DNA of 64,000 nucleotides from a virus (Duplodnaviria; Caudoviricetes): IMG/VR virus record IMGVR_UViG_3300042375_000420, positions 381 to 64,380 of that record; one strand, 5' to 3'. Shown piece by piece: positions 49,915 to 57,985 of this stretch (position 1 is its first letter; each line of letters starts with the position of its first letter). The notes under the pieces were generated by a model. It saw only the letters and a program-made list of their open reading frames with translations, ran no database searches and was not told where the DNA came from. The position numbers and the translations under genes were made by a program.

Positions 49915-50919
49915 TTATCTCATATAAGCTGAGTTACCAGAAGTGTATCTATATTTGTTTGTGAAGTTAGGGTCATTAAAAATCCTATCTTCTGCTTTAC
50001 CAAGTTTACCAAAGAAACCATAGTATCTTTTATTTCTAGGAAGTAAGTAATTACTTTGTTCCATAAGGTCTTCATACTCATCAGCTCCCCAAGGCATCTT
50101 AGCTTTGTTCTTAAACTGTTTAACATATTTTAACCACCTTGCTTCAGCTACTTGAGCTATTTGCATAGCACCTTCTCTGTGATTCCAAGCTTCTCTTTCT
50201 TTAGTCTTCCAACCTAAGTAATAAGTAATGGCAGCTTTAGCAGATTCATCATCTGGAACCATAGGGTATCCAGTTTCTTGGTCAACTCTTTGTCTCAAAT
50301 AAGCTACTGCTACATACCCTTCTTGAAAACTAAATCTAAGTTGATCTCCAACAATAGTATATTCATCATTGCTTTCACTATATAATCCAGCATTTTCTTC
50401 TGTCTGACAAACTAAAGTATTAAAGAAAGTATGATTAGCTAGTCTCACAGGGGTAAACTTTGTTCTGAATGCTTTAGAATGAACCCAACCTAAGTATTCA
50501 TATTGTAAATCAAAGTAAGGTCTGTAATAAGCTATTTCTTGATCTCCAATTAGTTCTCCATGACAATCTACAGCAACTAAATCTTCTGTCCAACCTCCAC
50601 AACAAGAGTCAGGAGATGTGGCAGGGACTAAGTTTTCAGCAATGACTTGTGGAGTACAAGTCTCAACAGTAGTTGGAGACCAAGCATTGTTTCTAGCAAT
50701 TTGAATTATGTAATGTAAACCATTAGGTAATGCTGCTTGAAAGTTTTTAACTTCAAGAAAAGCAATACCTTCTTCAGAAGCAGAAGACATTTGCATAAAA
50801 CCAAGAGCTTCTCCTATCCATTCAATAGCCTCATCTTCATTGAGTTCTACACCCCTGAAGTCTCTTAGATATTTAGATAGGATAGTATCTACAGTAACAT
50901 ATTGAAATCTATCTTGCAT
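49915..50919 (-). CDS. Tail ring/adaptor protein
   Basis: AIEWIGEAL, VKNFQAALP, VAVAY...DQETGYPMVPD pattern; directly upstream of the muzzle. Confidence 0.65.
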   Translation of the reverse strand: MQDRFQYVTVDTILSKYLRDFRGVELNEDEAIEWIGEALGFMQMSSASEEGIAFLEVKNFQAALPNGLHYIIQIARNNAWSPTTVETCTPQVIAENLVPATSPDSCCGGWTEDLVAVDCHGELIGDQEIAYYRPYFDLQYEYLGWVHSKAFRTKFTPVRLANHTFFNTLVCQTEENAGLYSESNDEYTIVGDQLRFSFQEGYVAVAYLRQRVDQETGYPMVPDDESAKAAITYYLGWKTKEREAWNHREGAMQIAQVAEARWLKYVKQFKNKAKMPWGADEYEDLMEQSNYLLPRNKRYYGFFGKLGKAEDRIFNDPNFTNKYRYTSGNSAYMR

Positions 50920-50932
50920 GATTTTTATTTAT

Positions 50933-51862
50933 TTAAGGTACACAAATATAAGTACCATTTATATACATTTTACTAGCTGTAATAAAAGTAACAGGAGTTC
51001 CTTGAACCAATAAACTTTCAATTAAAGGTTTAGGAGTTGCTGTAGTTTCTTTTAACCAATGTAAATCTAATACTAAAGAACTAGGTAAGTGATCAGCAAC
51101 CATTTGCACATGTCCATTTAATTCATCAGGAGGTAATGCTGGATTAACCCAGGCCCAAGCAGAAAAATGATTTGCTGCTGTAGGTATAGGTAAAAATGGA
51201 AGTTCTACTTTAAATTGTCCTGTCCCAAAATCAGTAACAGTTGACAACTCTATAACAATATTAAAAGAAACAATTTGTCCAAACCTACTATAGTAAGAAT
51301 TATATGTAGGGTAAGTAGCATCAGTTCCTGTAAAAGTTAATCCTGTAGCTTGAAATACAGGAGACCATCTAACAGCTACTTCTGATCTTGAATATATTAA
51401 GATCCAAATAGCAGCTCCTTCTGTATTATCAGTACATAAATAAATATCCCCATTATCTAATATCCATCTACTATCAGGTACAAACCCTTTAGTAGAATCA
51501 TCATTAACTCCTGGAGTAAGTGTAAAGGTATGGTTTACTTCTCTAATAGTAAATCCATCTTGCTGCATAACATACTGTCTTCCTGCTTCCCATTTTAACT
51601 CATAGTCTATAGAACATACTTGAGCAATACCACCATTACCTCCATTGTAACTATTAGTAGTTCCTTTTTGTAATCTTGAACCATTATCAAAGGTTACTTT
51701 AGCAGTATCAAGTAATTCAATGTTGTTTGTAGTTGTATTACCTTCAGTTGTAACTTCTTGAAGATTTTGCACTAAAGCATTACCTGAGTTAGCAAGACTA
51801 CAGCATACTCCTTTTATTTTTCTTTCTAAGGCTACTAACCTTTCTTGAATTGACTTTGCCAT
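50933..51862 (-). CDS. Tail fibre/receptor-binding protein, putative
   Basis: N-terminal coiled coil, LQEVTTEGNTT motif, C-terminal beta domain (YSRFGQIV...ELPF...INGTY). Confidence 0.55.
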   Translation of the reverse strand: MAKSIQERLVALERKIKGVCCSLANSGNALVQNLQEVTTEGNTTTNNIELLDTAKVTFDNGSRLQKGTTNSYNGGNGGIAQVCSIDYELKWEAGRQYVMQQDGFTIREVNHTFTLTPGVNDDSTKGFVPDSRWILDNGDIYLCTDNTEGAAIWILIYSRSEVAVRWSPVFQATGLTFTGTDATYPTYNSYYSRFGQIVSFNIVIELSTVTDFGTGQFKVELPFLPIPTAANHFSAWAWVNPALPPDELNGHVQMVADHLPSSLVLDLHWLKETTATPKPLIESLLVQGTPVTFITASKMYINGTYICVP

Positions 51863-51873
51863 GATTATATTTT

Positions 51874-52119
51874 TTAAGGTATAATATTTTCTTCTTGTAC
51901 TAGAATTTCTGTAAAGATACCATTTTTAAACTTATAAGATTTAGATAAATCTAAGTTTTCAGGTAACTCTACTTCTAGAATTTCTAGGTTTCCTTTAGCA
52001 TTTACTATAGTAGTTTCTTGTAAAACTATATCCTCTTCTTGAAAAGAGATAGTAAAAGCAGTATCTTGTTGGATAAAAACAACATTGTTTTCTTTATCTA
52101 TAATAATTTGATTATTCAT
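51874..52119 (-). CDS. Small hypothetical protein (possible fibre chaperone)
   Basis: 81 aa acidic ORF between fibre genes. Confidence 0.45.
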   Translation of the reverse strand: MNNQIIIDKENNVVFIQQDTAFTISFQEEDIVLQETTIVNAKGNLEILEVELPENLDLSKSYKFKNGIFTEILVQEENIIP

Positions 52120-52121
52120 AA

Positions 52122-53492
52122 TTAGTAATTTAGACTTTTAGTAAATTTAGTAGCTAGTTTTCCTGTGTGTTTATTTATAATAGTAAATCCTCTATGTACT
52201 TCTCCAGACAAGTTCCCCCAAGAACTACTATAGTTATAATGAGAAAGATACAAATAATCTGTTCCAAGAGGAATTATATAATTCATACTACTAAGAAGAC
52301 CTTCTCCAGGAGTAAGAGGATAAGTAGTGTCTAAACTTCCATCTGTATTTATTCGGTACAAATAATTATTAAAAGCTGTTCCCCAATTGTATCCTCCTCC
52401 TCCTAAATATAATTTGTTTAAAACTGTGTCAAAATACATAGTCCACCATCCTCCATTAACAGCAAGATGATTAGGGGGACTAGCAAAAGAAGCATCATAA
52501 TTTCCTGTAGAAGAGATTCTAATAACTCTTTTAAATGTACTAATTCCATTATAAATTATAACACCTCCAAGATAACAATAAATATCTCCTGTATTTTTAT
52601 TTATTGTTATTCTATTGTTAGAGGAATAAAAAGAAGTAATACCTGAGGTATAATTAAAAGAATAATCTATAGTCCCATCTATATTTAATTGAACAATATT
52701 ATTTCTAGCTACTCCATTATAAGAAGTAAATTCTCCTAGACAAAGGAGTTTACCTGTTGGAGTAAGAACTGTTTGATTTACAGTACCATTAAAACCTGTA
52801 CCCATAGTAGTAACAAAACTGGTATTTATAGATCCATTAGAGTCAATCCTAAGAATTCTATTAAAAGAAGTACTATTAAAAGCAGTAAAACTTCCTGTTA
52901 TAATAAAACCATTATCAGGTAAAAGTAAAATATTATGGACAGTAGCATTAGGTCCAGTACCTATTGCTGCAGCAAAAGTTTCATCAAAATTACCTAATGA
53001 ATCTACTTTAAATATTTTACTATTTCTACTAGAATTTTCAGATTGATAACAATAGGAACTTTCACGAATAAAATATAAATTTAAACTAGAGTCTAAAAAA
53101 GGAAGTACAGTTTGACTCATGGAAGACATAGATAAACCTTGTCCATTTGAACTTGGGCCTGTTAAAAATCTGTTCCCTCCTCCAGTATAAGTAGTATCAA
53201 GAGTAAAATCAGCATTTAATCTAGCTAAACCATTTACAACAACTCCTTGATATTTATAAAAACCTCCCAAAATTATCATTTTACCATCAGGAAGAGGTAT
53301 TAAATGTTGTAAAAATTGTGAAGTACCTACATTTCCAAAAGCAGTTTTAACATCTAAAGGAGCTTCAGGGTTGTAAATAATTGCATCTAAAGTAAGTTGA
53401 GCAGGACTAGAACCTGTATTTTTCATTTTAGAGTAGATGTCTACTACCTTTTTTTCCAAGCTTTTTATAGCAAAAAGAATTTGTTTTTCCAT
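52122..53492 (-). CDS. Delta-60-repeat beta-propeller protein (putative receptor-binding/accessory)
   Basis: Repeats PDGKMIILGGF, ARLNADFTLDTTY, RIDSNGSINTSF, QLNIDGTIDYSF, RINTDGSLDTTY. Confidence 0.75.
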   Translation of the reverse strand: MEKQILFAIKSLEKKVVDIYSKMKNTGSSPAQLTLDAIIYNPEAPLDVKTAFGNVGTSQFLQHLIPLPDGKMIILGGFYKYQGVVVNGLARLNADFTLDTTYTGGGNRFLTGPSSNGQGLSMSSMSQTVLPFLDSSLNLYFIRESSYCYQSENSSRNSKIFKVDSLGNFDETFAAAIGTGPNATVHNILLLPDNGFIITGSFTAFNSTSFNRILRIDSNGSINTSFVTTMGTGFNGTVNQTVLTPTGKLLCLGEFTSYNGVARNNIVQLNIDGTIDYSFNYTSGITSFYSSNNRITINKNTGDIYCYLGGVIIYNGISTFKRVIRISSTGNYDASFASPPNHLAVNGGWWTMYFDTVLNKLYLGGGGYNWGTAFNNYLYRINTDGSLDTTYPLTPGEGLLSSMNYIIPLGTDYLYLSHYNYSSSWGNLSGEVHRGFTIINKHTGKLATKFTKSLNY

Positions 53493-53494
53493 GA

Positions 53495-53770
53495 TTAGTC
53501 TAATTTATCTGCCAATGATTTAGTCTCATCAGGCATGGTTATTTGAATTGGATTATCTTTAGAGAACCAAGTTCTTGTAAAGTATTCATAGTTATTATCA
53601 TCAGACTCTTTATTAGTCCATTTGATGTCATAAGATTTTCTAAGTAAGAAGCCATTTTCAATTTCTTCTACACTTAATCTTACTTCTTTACTGATAATAG
53701 TTCCTCCTTTAGGAAGAGTAAAGTCTTTCTTTTTTTCAAGACTTGCTGATTTTAATAGTTCTGTTGACAT
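53495..53770 (-). CDS. Hypothetical protein
   Basis: 91 aa; VEEIENGFLL. Confidence 0.55.
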   Translation of the reverse strand: MSTELLKSASLEKKKDFTLPKGGTIISKEVRLSVEEIENGFLLRKSYDIKWTNKESDDNNYEYFTRTWFSKDNPIQITMPDETKSLADKLD

Positions 53771-53773
53771 AAT

Positions 53774-54067
53774 TTAGAATCTAATTTGTTTGTGTTCTCC
53801 GTTAACTCTGTAATTAATAATTCCCCTTGTATCTTCTCCAGTAGTTAAATTACAAGCTATATATTCGTAACTTTCTTCTGTGGGTTTATTTTGATTGTAT
53901 ATTGCAGTAATTGTTTTTAAATCCTCTAGATTAACTATAACATTTACAGTTTCAATTACTGCTTTTTTTTCATCATCTGTACCTGTATTTAATACTTCAA
54001 GTTGAGTAGTTGTAAGATCCAATTGTTCTTTCCACTCATTTTCTATTGTGCTATTAAAATTTCTCAT
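53774..54067 (-). CDS. Hypothetical protein
   Basis: 97-aa coupled ORF. Confidence 0.55.
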   Translation of the reverse strand: MRNFNSTIENEWKEQLDLTTTQLEVLNTGTDDEKKAVIETVNVIVNLEDLKTITAIYNQNKPTEESYEYIACNLTTGEDTRGIINYRVNGEHKQIRF

Positions 54068-54069
54068 GT

Positions 54070-54972
54070 TTATTGATTATTAGTATTTCCATTTCCATCT
54101 ACACAATAATAGGTTCTTCCTCCATTAGAAACTGTTATGAATGTTCCTGATGTTAAACGACAATAGTATAGTTTGCCAGTTAAAATACCATCACCACCAC
54201 CCCCACCAAAAGAGCGTATTCCACCAACACAATTATTGAATGTACCTGATGCAACACTATATGTACCAAATGAATCAATACCTGCTATGCAATTATTGAA
54301 TGTACCTGATGCAAAACTACGTCCAAAACTATAATTTCCTCCTATACAATTAGTAAACACTCCTGATGTTCTATAGTAAAAAGAATAGTCACCACCAATA
54401 CAATTAGTAAATTTTCCAGATACTCCAAAACCTGAAGTAAAAGCAAACATACCTCCTATACAATTATTAAATGTACTTGAATTAACATATGGACCATTAT
54501 ATCCAAAAGACCAATTACCAAGACCAACACAAGTATCACAAACTAATAAACTTAAATTTGTACCTATATTAAAAAGTAAACTTGTTTTCAATCCTTTTAA
54601 AAAAACATCATTTGCAGTTACATATATATCATTTATAATTTCTACATCTGCATCTCCTGTTAAAGAAACAAAATCAATATATTGTGTGTCTATTAAAAAT
54701 TGTCCTGTAAACTGATATTTTCCAGTCCCCATAATAATTTTAAATCTGTTGGTAGTAGAAAGACCTGTTATTGTTTTGGCTAAATTATAAGCTGTTTGAA
54801 GTTCAATAGCATTTTGTGTTGGTGTGCCATTTGCAGAAACATAGACATAATTTTTACCTATTAACTTTCCTATTGTAGAAGAAACCTTTATAGACAAAGT
54901 TCTTACTTTTCCATAAAGATCTGCAGCACTTTGTTCTGTTCTTTTAATTCTATCTAGGATTTGCTTTTCCAT
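54070..54972 (-). CDS. Beta-helix repeat protein (putative fibre/spike)
   Basis: ~19-20-aa repeats SGxFxNCIGGxxSF; N-terminus resembles that of 52122-53492. Confidence 0.65.
   Translation of the reverse strand: MEKQILDRIKRTEQSAADLYGKVRTLSIKVSSTIGKLIGKNYVYVSANGTPTQNAIELQTAYNLAKTITGLSTTNRFKIIMGTGKYQFTGQFLIDTQYIDFVSLTGDADVEIINDIYVTANDVFLKGLKTSLLFNIGTNLSLLVCDTCVGLGNWSFGYNGPYVNSSTFNNCIGGMFAFTSGFGVSGKFTNCIGGDYSFYYRTSGVFTNCIGGNYSFGRSFASGTFNNCIAGIDSFGTYSVASGTFNNCVGGIRSFGGGGGDGILTGKLYYCRLTSGTFITVSNGGRTYYCVDGNGNTNNQ
54230..54314. repeat. 25-bp exact direct repeat, 60-bp period
   Basis: CAATTATTGAATGTACCTGATGCAA at 54230-54254 and 54290-54314 (coding repeats). Confidence 0.8.
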
Positions 54973-54974
54973 TG

Positions 54975-55448
54975 TTATTCTGATTTAATGATATATTCTT
55001 TACCTTGTTTTATTTGCTTATGTATAGCCCTTTTATTATCTCTAGTTAGAATAAAGTTATAATAGAGTTTGTTCTCTATTGGTACTCTATTCTTAGACCA
55101 GTGTAACTTATAAACTACACCATTTGTTTCTTCATTAAGACAGTAAACTATCTTCTTTGTTGCCTTTGCATCAGGGTTTCTCTCCCATAACTTTTTAGTC
55201 TCACCCCAATTAGGTGGAAGTAATGGTACACCATCTCTATTAAATGTCAACTTCTTTTTTACTCCTTGAATAAATAGAGTACCTAGTTTTGCTGGCATAG
55301 TTACTTCTTCTCCTTCAACAACTTTCTTTATTAGAAATTCCATATACCCATGAGCTATATGAAGAAAAGGATTTAGTTCTACAGGATTCTCCATCTCTTT
55401 GGAATACCTTTTATAAGAACTTCTTATGTTTAGATTTGTTCTCTGCAT
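54975..55448 (-). CDS. HU/IHF-like protein of the crAss-like structural module
   Basis: KVVEGEEVTMPAKLGTLFIQG resembles the HU/IHF beta-arm; NWGETKKLW. Confidence 0.65.
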   Translation of the reverse strand: MQRTNLNIRSSYKRYSKEMENPVELNPFLHIAHGYMEFLIKKVVEGEEVTMPAKLGTLFIQGVKKKLTFNRDGVPLLPPNWGETKKLWERNPDAKATKKIVYCLNEETNGVVYKLHWSKNRVPIENKLYYNFILTRDNKRAIHKQIKQGKEYIIKSE

Positions 55449-56131
55449 TATTTACTATTTCCTTCAGATTTTTGAACTTCTTTCTTTTGCCCAAAGATAC
55501 CAATAATTTCTTGAACACAGATGTCAATTAAAGGTTCAATTAAGTCTCCATCAATATCAAAAGAATGTTCAGGAGTTGGAAGACAATCTATACACTCAGG
55601 ACACTCTTCACAAATAGAAGGATAATGATGAGCTTCTAAAGGATCTTCAGCAAGAAGTTTAATCTTTACTACTCCTGGATTTTTATTTGAAGGAAAGTAT
55701 AGATAACCATTTTCAAATAAATATTTAGGTTTTATTCCTGTATACTTATTTCCTTTTGAATAAAGAACACCTTGTCTTGTAGTTTCTTCAATCTTCATTC
55801 CACTATCTACAGACATTACAAATTCAATGTAGTGTCTATTAGAGTCTGTCATTACTCTTGGAATCTTAAACTTAGTTCTATAAATATCACAACCTAAATC
55901 TCCTAGACAAGCACATTCATGATTAGGAACTTTTATTAATTCTACACAAGGAAGAACTGTATAATTCCAATCACTCATTCTTTGTTTCTTTTTTAGTTGT
56001 TGAGATAAAAGTTGCATTCTAACAGACAATGCTTTATTATAAACATGTCTATCAGATAGTCTTGTCTCATCATTAGATACTCCTACAGAGTACAAAGATT
56101 GAATTCTTTCTATTACTTCAGCTATCTTCAT
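55448..56131 (-). CDS. Tail ring/head-tail adaptor protein
   Basis: LSDRHVY, LPCVELIKVP, YLFENGYLY, LAEDP, FDIDGDLI pattern; adjacent to the IHF-like gene. Confidence 0.6.
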   Translation of the reverse strand: MKIAEVIERIQSLYSVGVSNDETRLSDRHVYNKALSVRMQLLSQQLKKKQRMSDWNYTVLPCVELIKVPNHECACLGDLGCDIYRTKFKIPRVMTDSNRHYIEFVMSVDSGMKIEETTRQGVLYSKGNKYTGIKPKYLFENGYLYFPSNKNPGVVKIKLLAEDPLEAHHYPSICEECPECIDCLPTPEHSFDIDGDLIEPLIDICVQEIIGIFGQKKEVQKSEGNSK

Positions 56132-56132
56132 T

Positions 56133-56480
56133 TTATCTTATTTCTATTACACAAGCTTTTTCTTCTTCAGCTTTAACTATCATTTCAGAGATAGGAGTTT
56201 CTGCAAGAGCTGCAGTAGAAGCCTTTAGATTATATTCAATAACTTTAGGGAATGCCCCTTGTTTAATAAAATTTGTAGATTTCTTAATAGACCATCCTGT
56301 TATAGTTCTAATAATTTGTGCTGATCTAGTTAACCCATTAGGATAAATAGAAATAAGTACTAGATCTTTTTGAGGATCTAATCCAGAAAATTGATTTAGA
56401 TCTTTTTGTAGAGTAGGAAAGAAAGCTGAGAAAGATTTTCCTAAAGCCTTTTTTAAATTTCTTAATTCAAACCTTTTCAT
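56133..56480 (-). CDS. Ribosomal protein bL12 C-terminal-domain-like protein
   Basis: DLVLIS...AQIIRTITGWSIKKSTNFIKQGAFPKVIEYNL...KAEEEKACVIEIR aligns by eye with the bL12 CTD (FDVIL...[21 protein letters not shown]..LKEG...LEEAGAEVEVK). Confidence 0.5.
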   Translation of the reverse strand: MKRFELRNLKKALGKSFSAFFPTLQKDLNQFSGLDPQKDLVLISIYPNGLTRSAQIIRTITGWSIKKSTNFIKQGAFPKVIEYNLKASTAALAETPISEMIVKAEEEKACVIEIR

Positions 56481-56485
56481 AATTT

Positions 56486-57187
56486 TTAATTTAAAGTTGT
56501 TTTTAAAATACTTGTTACATCATCTGTATCTATACAAGTAAACTTACCATCTAATCCTAACCATATAATAACTCTTTTAGTAACCTTTACTCCTATTTGC
56601 TCTAAGAGTAATTGGTAGTAAGAGAGTTGAACTACATAATGATTTAAAGGACAATCTAATAAAGCCTTAAATGGGGCCAACATAGTTTTACCTTTAAAAT
56701 TCTTAAACAAGTCCTTGTTGGTCTTGTAGTCAGCAATTATGTATGTTTGTGTCTTAGTGTCAAATAGAATGATGTCTGCTGTACCTGCAAATAGATATTT
56801 GAAGTGATACATCCTGAGTTCAGCAGCTACTGGAATAATGTGCTCTGGTAAACTTTTCCAGAAGGCAACAATAGCTTCCTCTTGAGGACAAGAAGGTTTT
56901 AGACTTCTGTTAAATTGATAGAGTTCTCCAAAGTTATGTACTCTATGTCCTCTATCTCTAGATTCTTGATTTATGTCAGCCCATTGTTTTAGGACTTCCT
57001 CTGTGGTTATTCCTAACTTTCTAGCTGAGAAAGGGGCCACTGCTTGAGCATTAAAGTGCTCATAAAATTCTGAAATTAAACCTGAGACTGAAGTCTTAAT
57101 AGGTTTTCCTTCAACAAAGTACTTGTGCTTTTTCTCTTCAAAAGTCAAGTTACTAAAAGGTTTTGTTAATTTAGTCTCTAAATCCAT
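56486..57187 (-). CDS. PD-(D/E)xK nuclease (RecB/Cas4-like)
   Basis: TSVSGLI, GHRVH, AGTADI, IADYKTNK, QLSYY. Confidence 0.8.
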   Translation of the reverse strand: MDLETKLTKPFSNLTFEEKKHKYFVEGKPIKTSVSGLISEFYEHFNAQAVAPFSARKLGITTEEVLKQWADINQESRDRGHRVHNFGELYQFNRSLKPSCPQEEAIVAFWKSLPEHIIPVAAELRMYHFKYLFAGTADIILFDTKTQTYIIADYKTNKDLFKNFKGKTMLAPFKALLDCPLNHYVVQLSYYQLLLEQIGVKVTKRVIIWLGLDGKFTCIDTDDVTSILKTTLN

Positions 57188-57191
57188 AACA

Positions 57192-57199
57192 CAAAGATA
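57192..57199 (-). promoter_or_regulatory. Possible Bacteroidota -7 element (TATCTTTG)
   Basis: TAnnTTTG match only 4 nt upstream of the nuclease ATG (would give a leaderless mRNA). Confidence 0.35.
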
Positions 57200-57209
57200 T
57201 GGATTTATT

Positions 57210-57794
57210 TTATTTTTCTACTTCAAAGATAATCTTTTTTATATTCTTAACTACAAGAAGAAATTTTTTAGCTATATCAAAACCTAGTTTCTTAAAGTTC
57301 TCAAAAACAATTGAATAAAATTCTATAGCACAACAAAAGCCAATAAAAATTAAAGTTATAGTTAAACCTTCTGTACTTACATTATCAAATTTAAAGGTCT
57401 TAATGAAGAATACTTTTTCTATACCCCAAACACCTAATATAGCACTTGCATAAGTGAAAGCTTTTACAGCTGAAAGTTTAAGTTTCTCTGAAGATATTAA
57501 AGCTTGTTCTTTAAGTTCAGGTTTAGTTTTTTCTTCTTCTCTTTTAACTTTCCAAGAAGCTAATATACCAGTAATAAAGTCTAAGATAAAAAAGATAAGC
57601 AATAACAATAATGCTTTTTGTATGGAAGTTAAAACAGACACAGTTACTATAGTAGTTCCTGTAACTATCCCTGCAGGGCTTGATGCCATAGCTTTAGTGC
57701 TAACTCCTAACTTAATAAAATACTTTGTGTATAGGCCTATCCATTCCATAACGCTTATTTTTAATATTGATATAATCTTTAATGACTTTTCCAT
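57210..57794 (-). CDS. Holin (phage holin 4-like)
   Basis: LLLLIFFILDFITGILASW, several TM segments, EFYSIVFENFKKLG. Confidence 0.7.
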   Translation of the reverse strand: MEKSLKIISILKISVMEWIGLYTKYFIKLGVSTKAMASSPAGIVTGTTIVTVSVLTSIQKALLLLLIFFILDFITGILASWKVKREEEKTKPELKEQALISSEKLKLSAVKAFTYASAILGVWGIEKVFFIKTFKFDNVSTEGLTITLIFIGFCCAIEFYSIVFENFKKLGFDIAKKFLLVVKNIKKIIFEVEK

Positions 57795-57808
57795 AATATA
57801 AGTCTTTA

Positions 57809-57816
57809 CAAAAATA
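57809..57816 (-). promoter_or_regulatory. Possible Bacteroidota -7 element (TATTTTTG) upstream of the holin
   Basis: TAnnTTTG match in the intergenic gap. Confidence 0.4.
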
Positions 57817-57829
57817 GTATAAATTTATG

Positions 57830-57967
57830 TTATTTTCCTTGTCCTTTATAAAGTTTTTTATAACTTTTTGAAGTTTTTAACTTAGAGGTTTTGCTTTTAG
57901 CATGTACTCCTGGTCTAGACACTTTAGGTCTAGGTTCAAATGTTGTTGAGTTTGATTTAGTTGCCAT
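57830..57967 (-). CDS. Small highly basic protein, 45 aa (not in the ORF track)
   Basis: MATKSNSTTFEPRPKVSRPGVHAKSKTSKLKTSKSYKKLYKGQGK; co-oriented with neighbours and fills the gap. Confidence 0.7.
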   Translation of the reverse strand: MATKSNSTTFEPRPKVSRPGVHAKSKTSKLKTSKSYKKLYKGQGK

Positions 57968-57985
57968 GATTTTTGATTTTAAAAG

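Noticed and set aside
54230-54314. Direct repeat as a DGR template/variable repeat or att site
   Set aside because: Exact coding repeat matching the beta-helix period; no adenine-specific mismatches, and no reverse transcriptase or integrase in the window
56486-57187. Cas4 implying a CRISPR system
   Set aside because: Lacks the four-Cys Fe-S motif and there is no array or other cas gene; a generic phage PD-(D/E)xK nuclease
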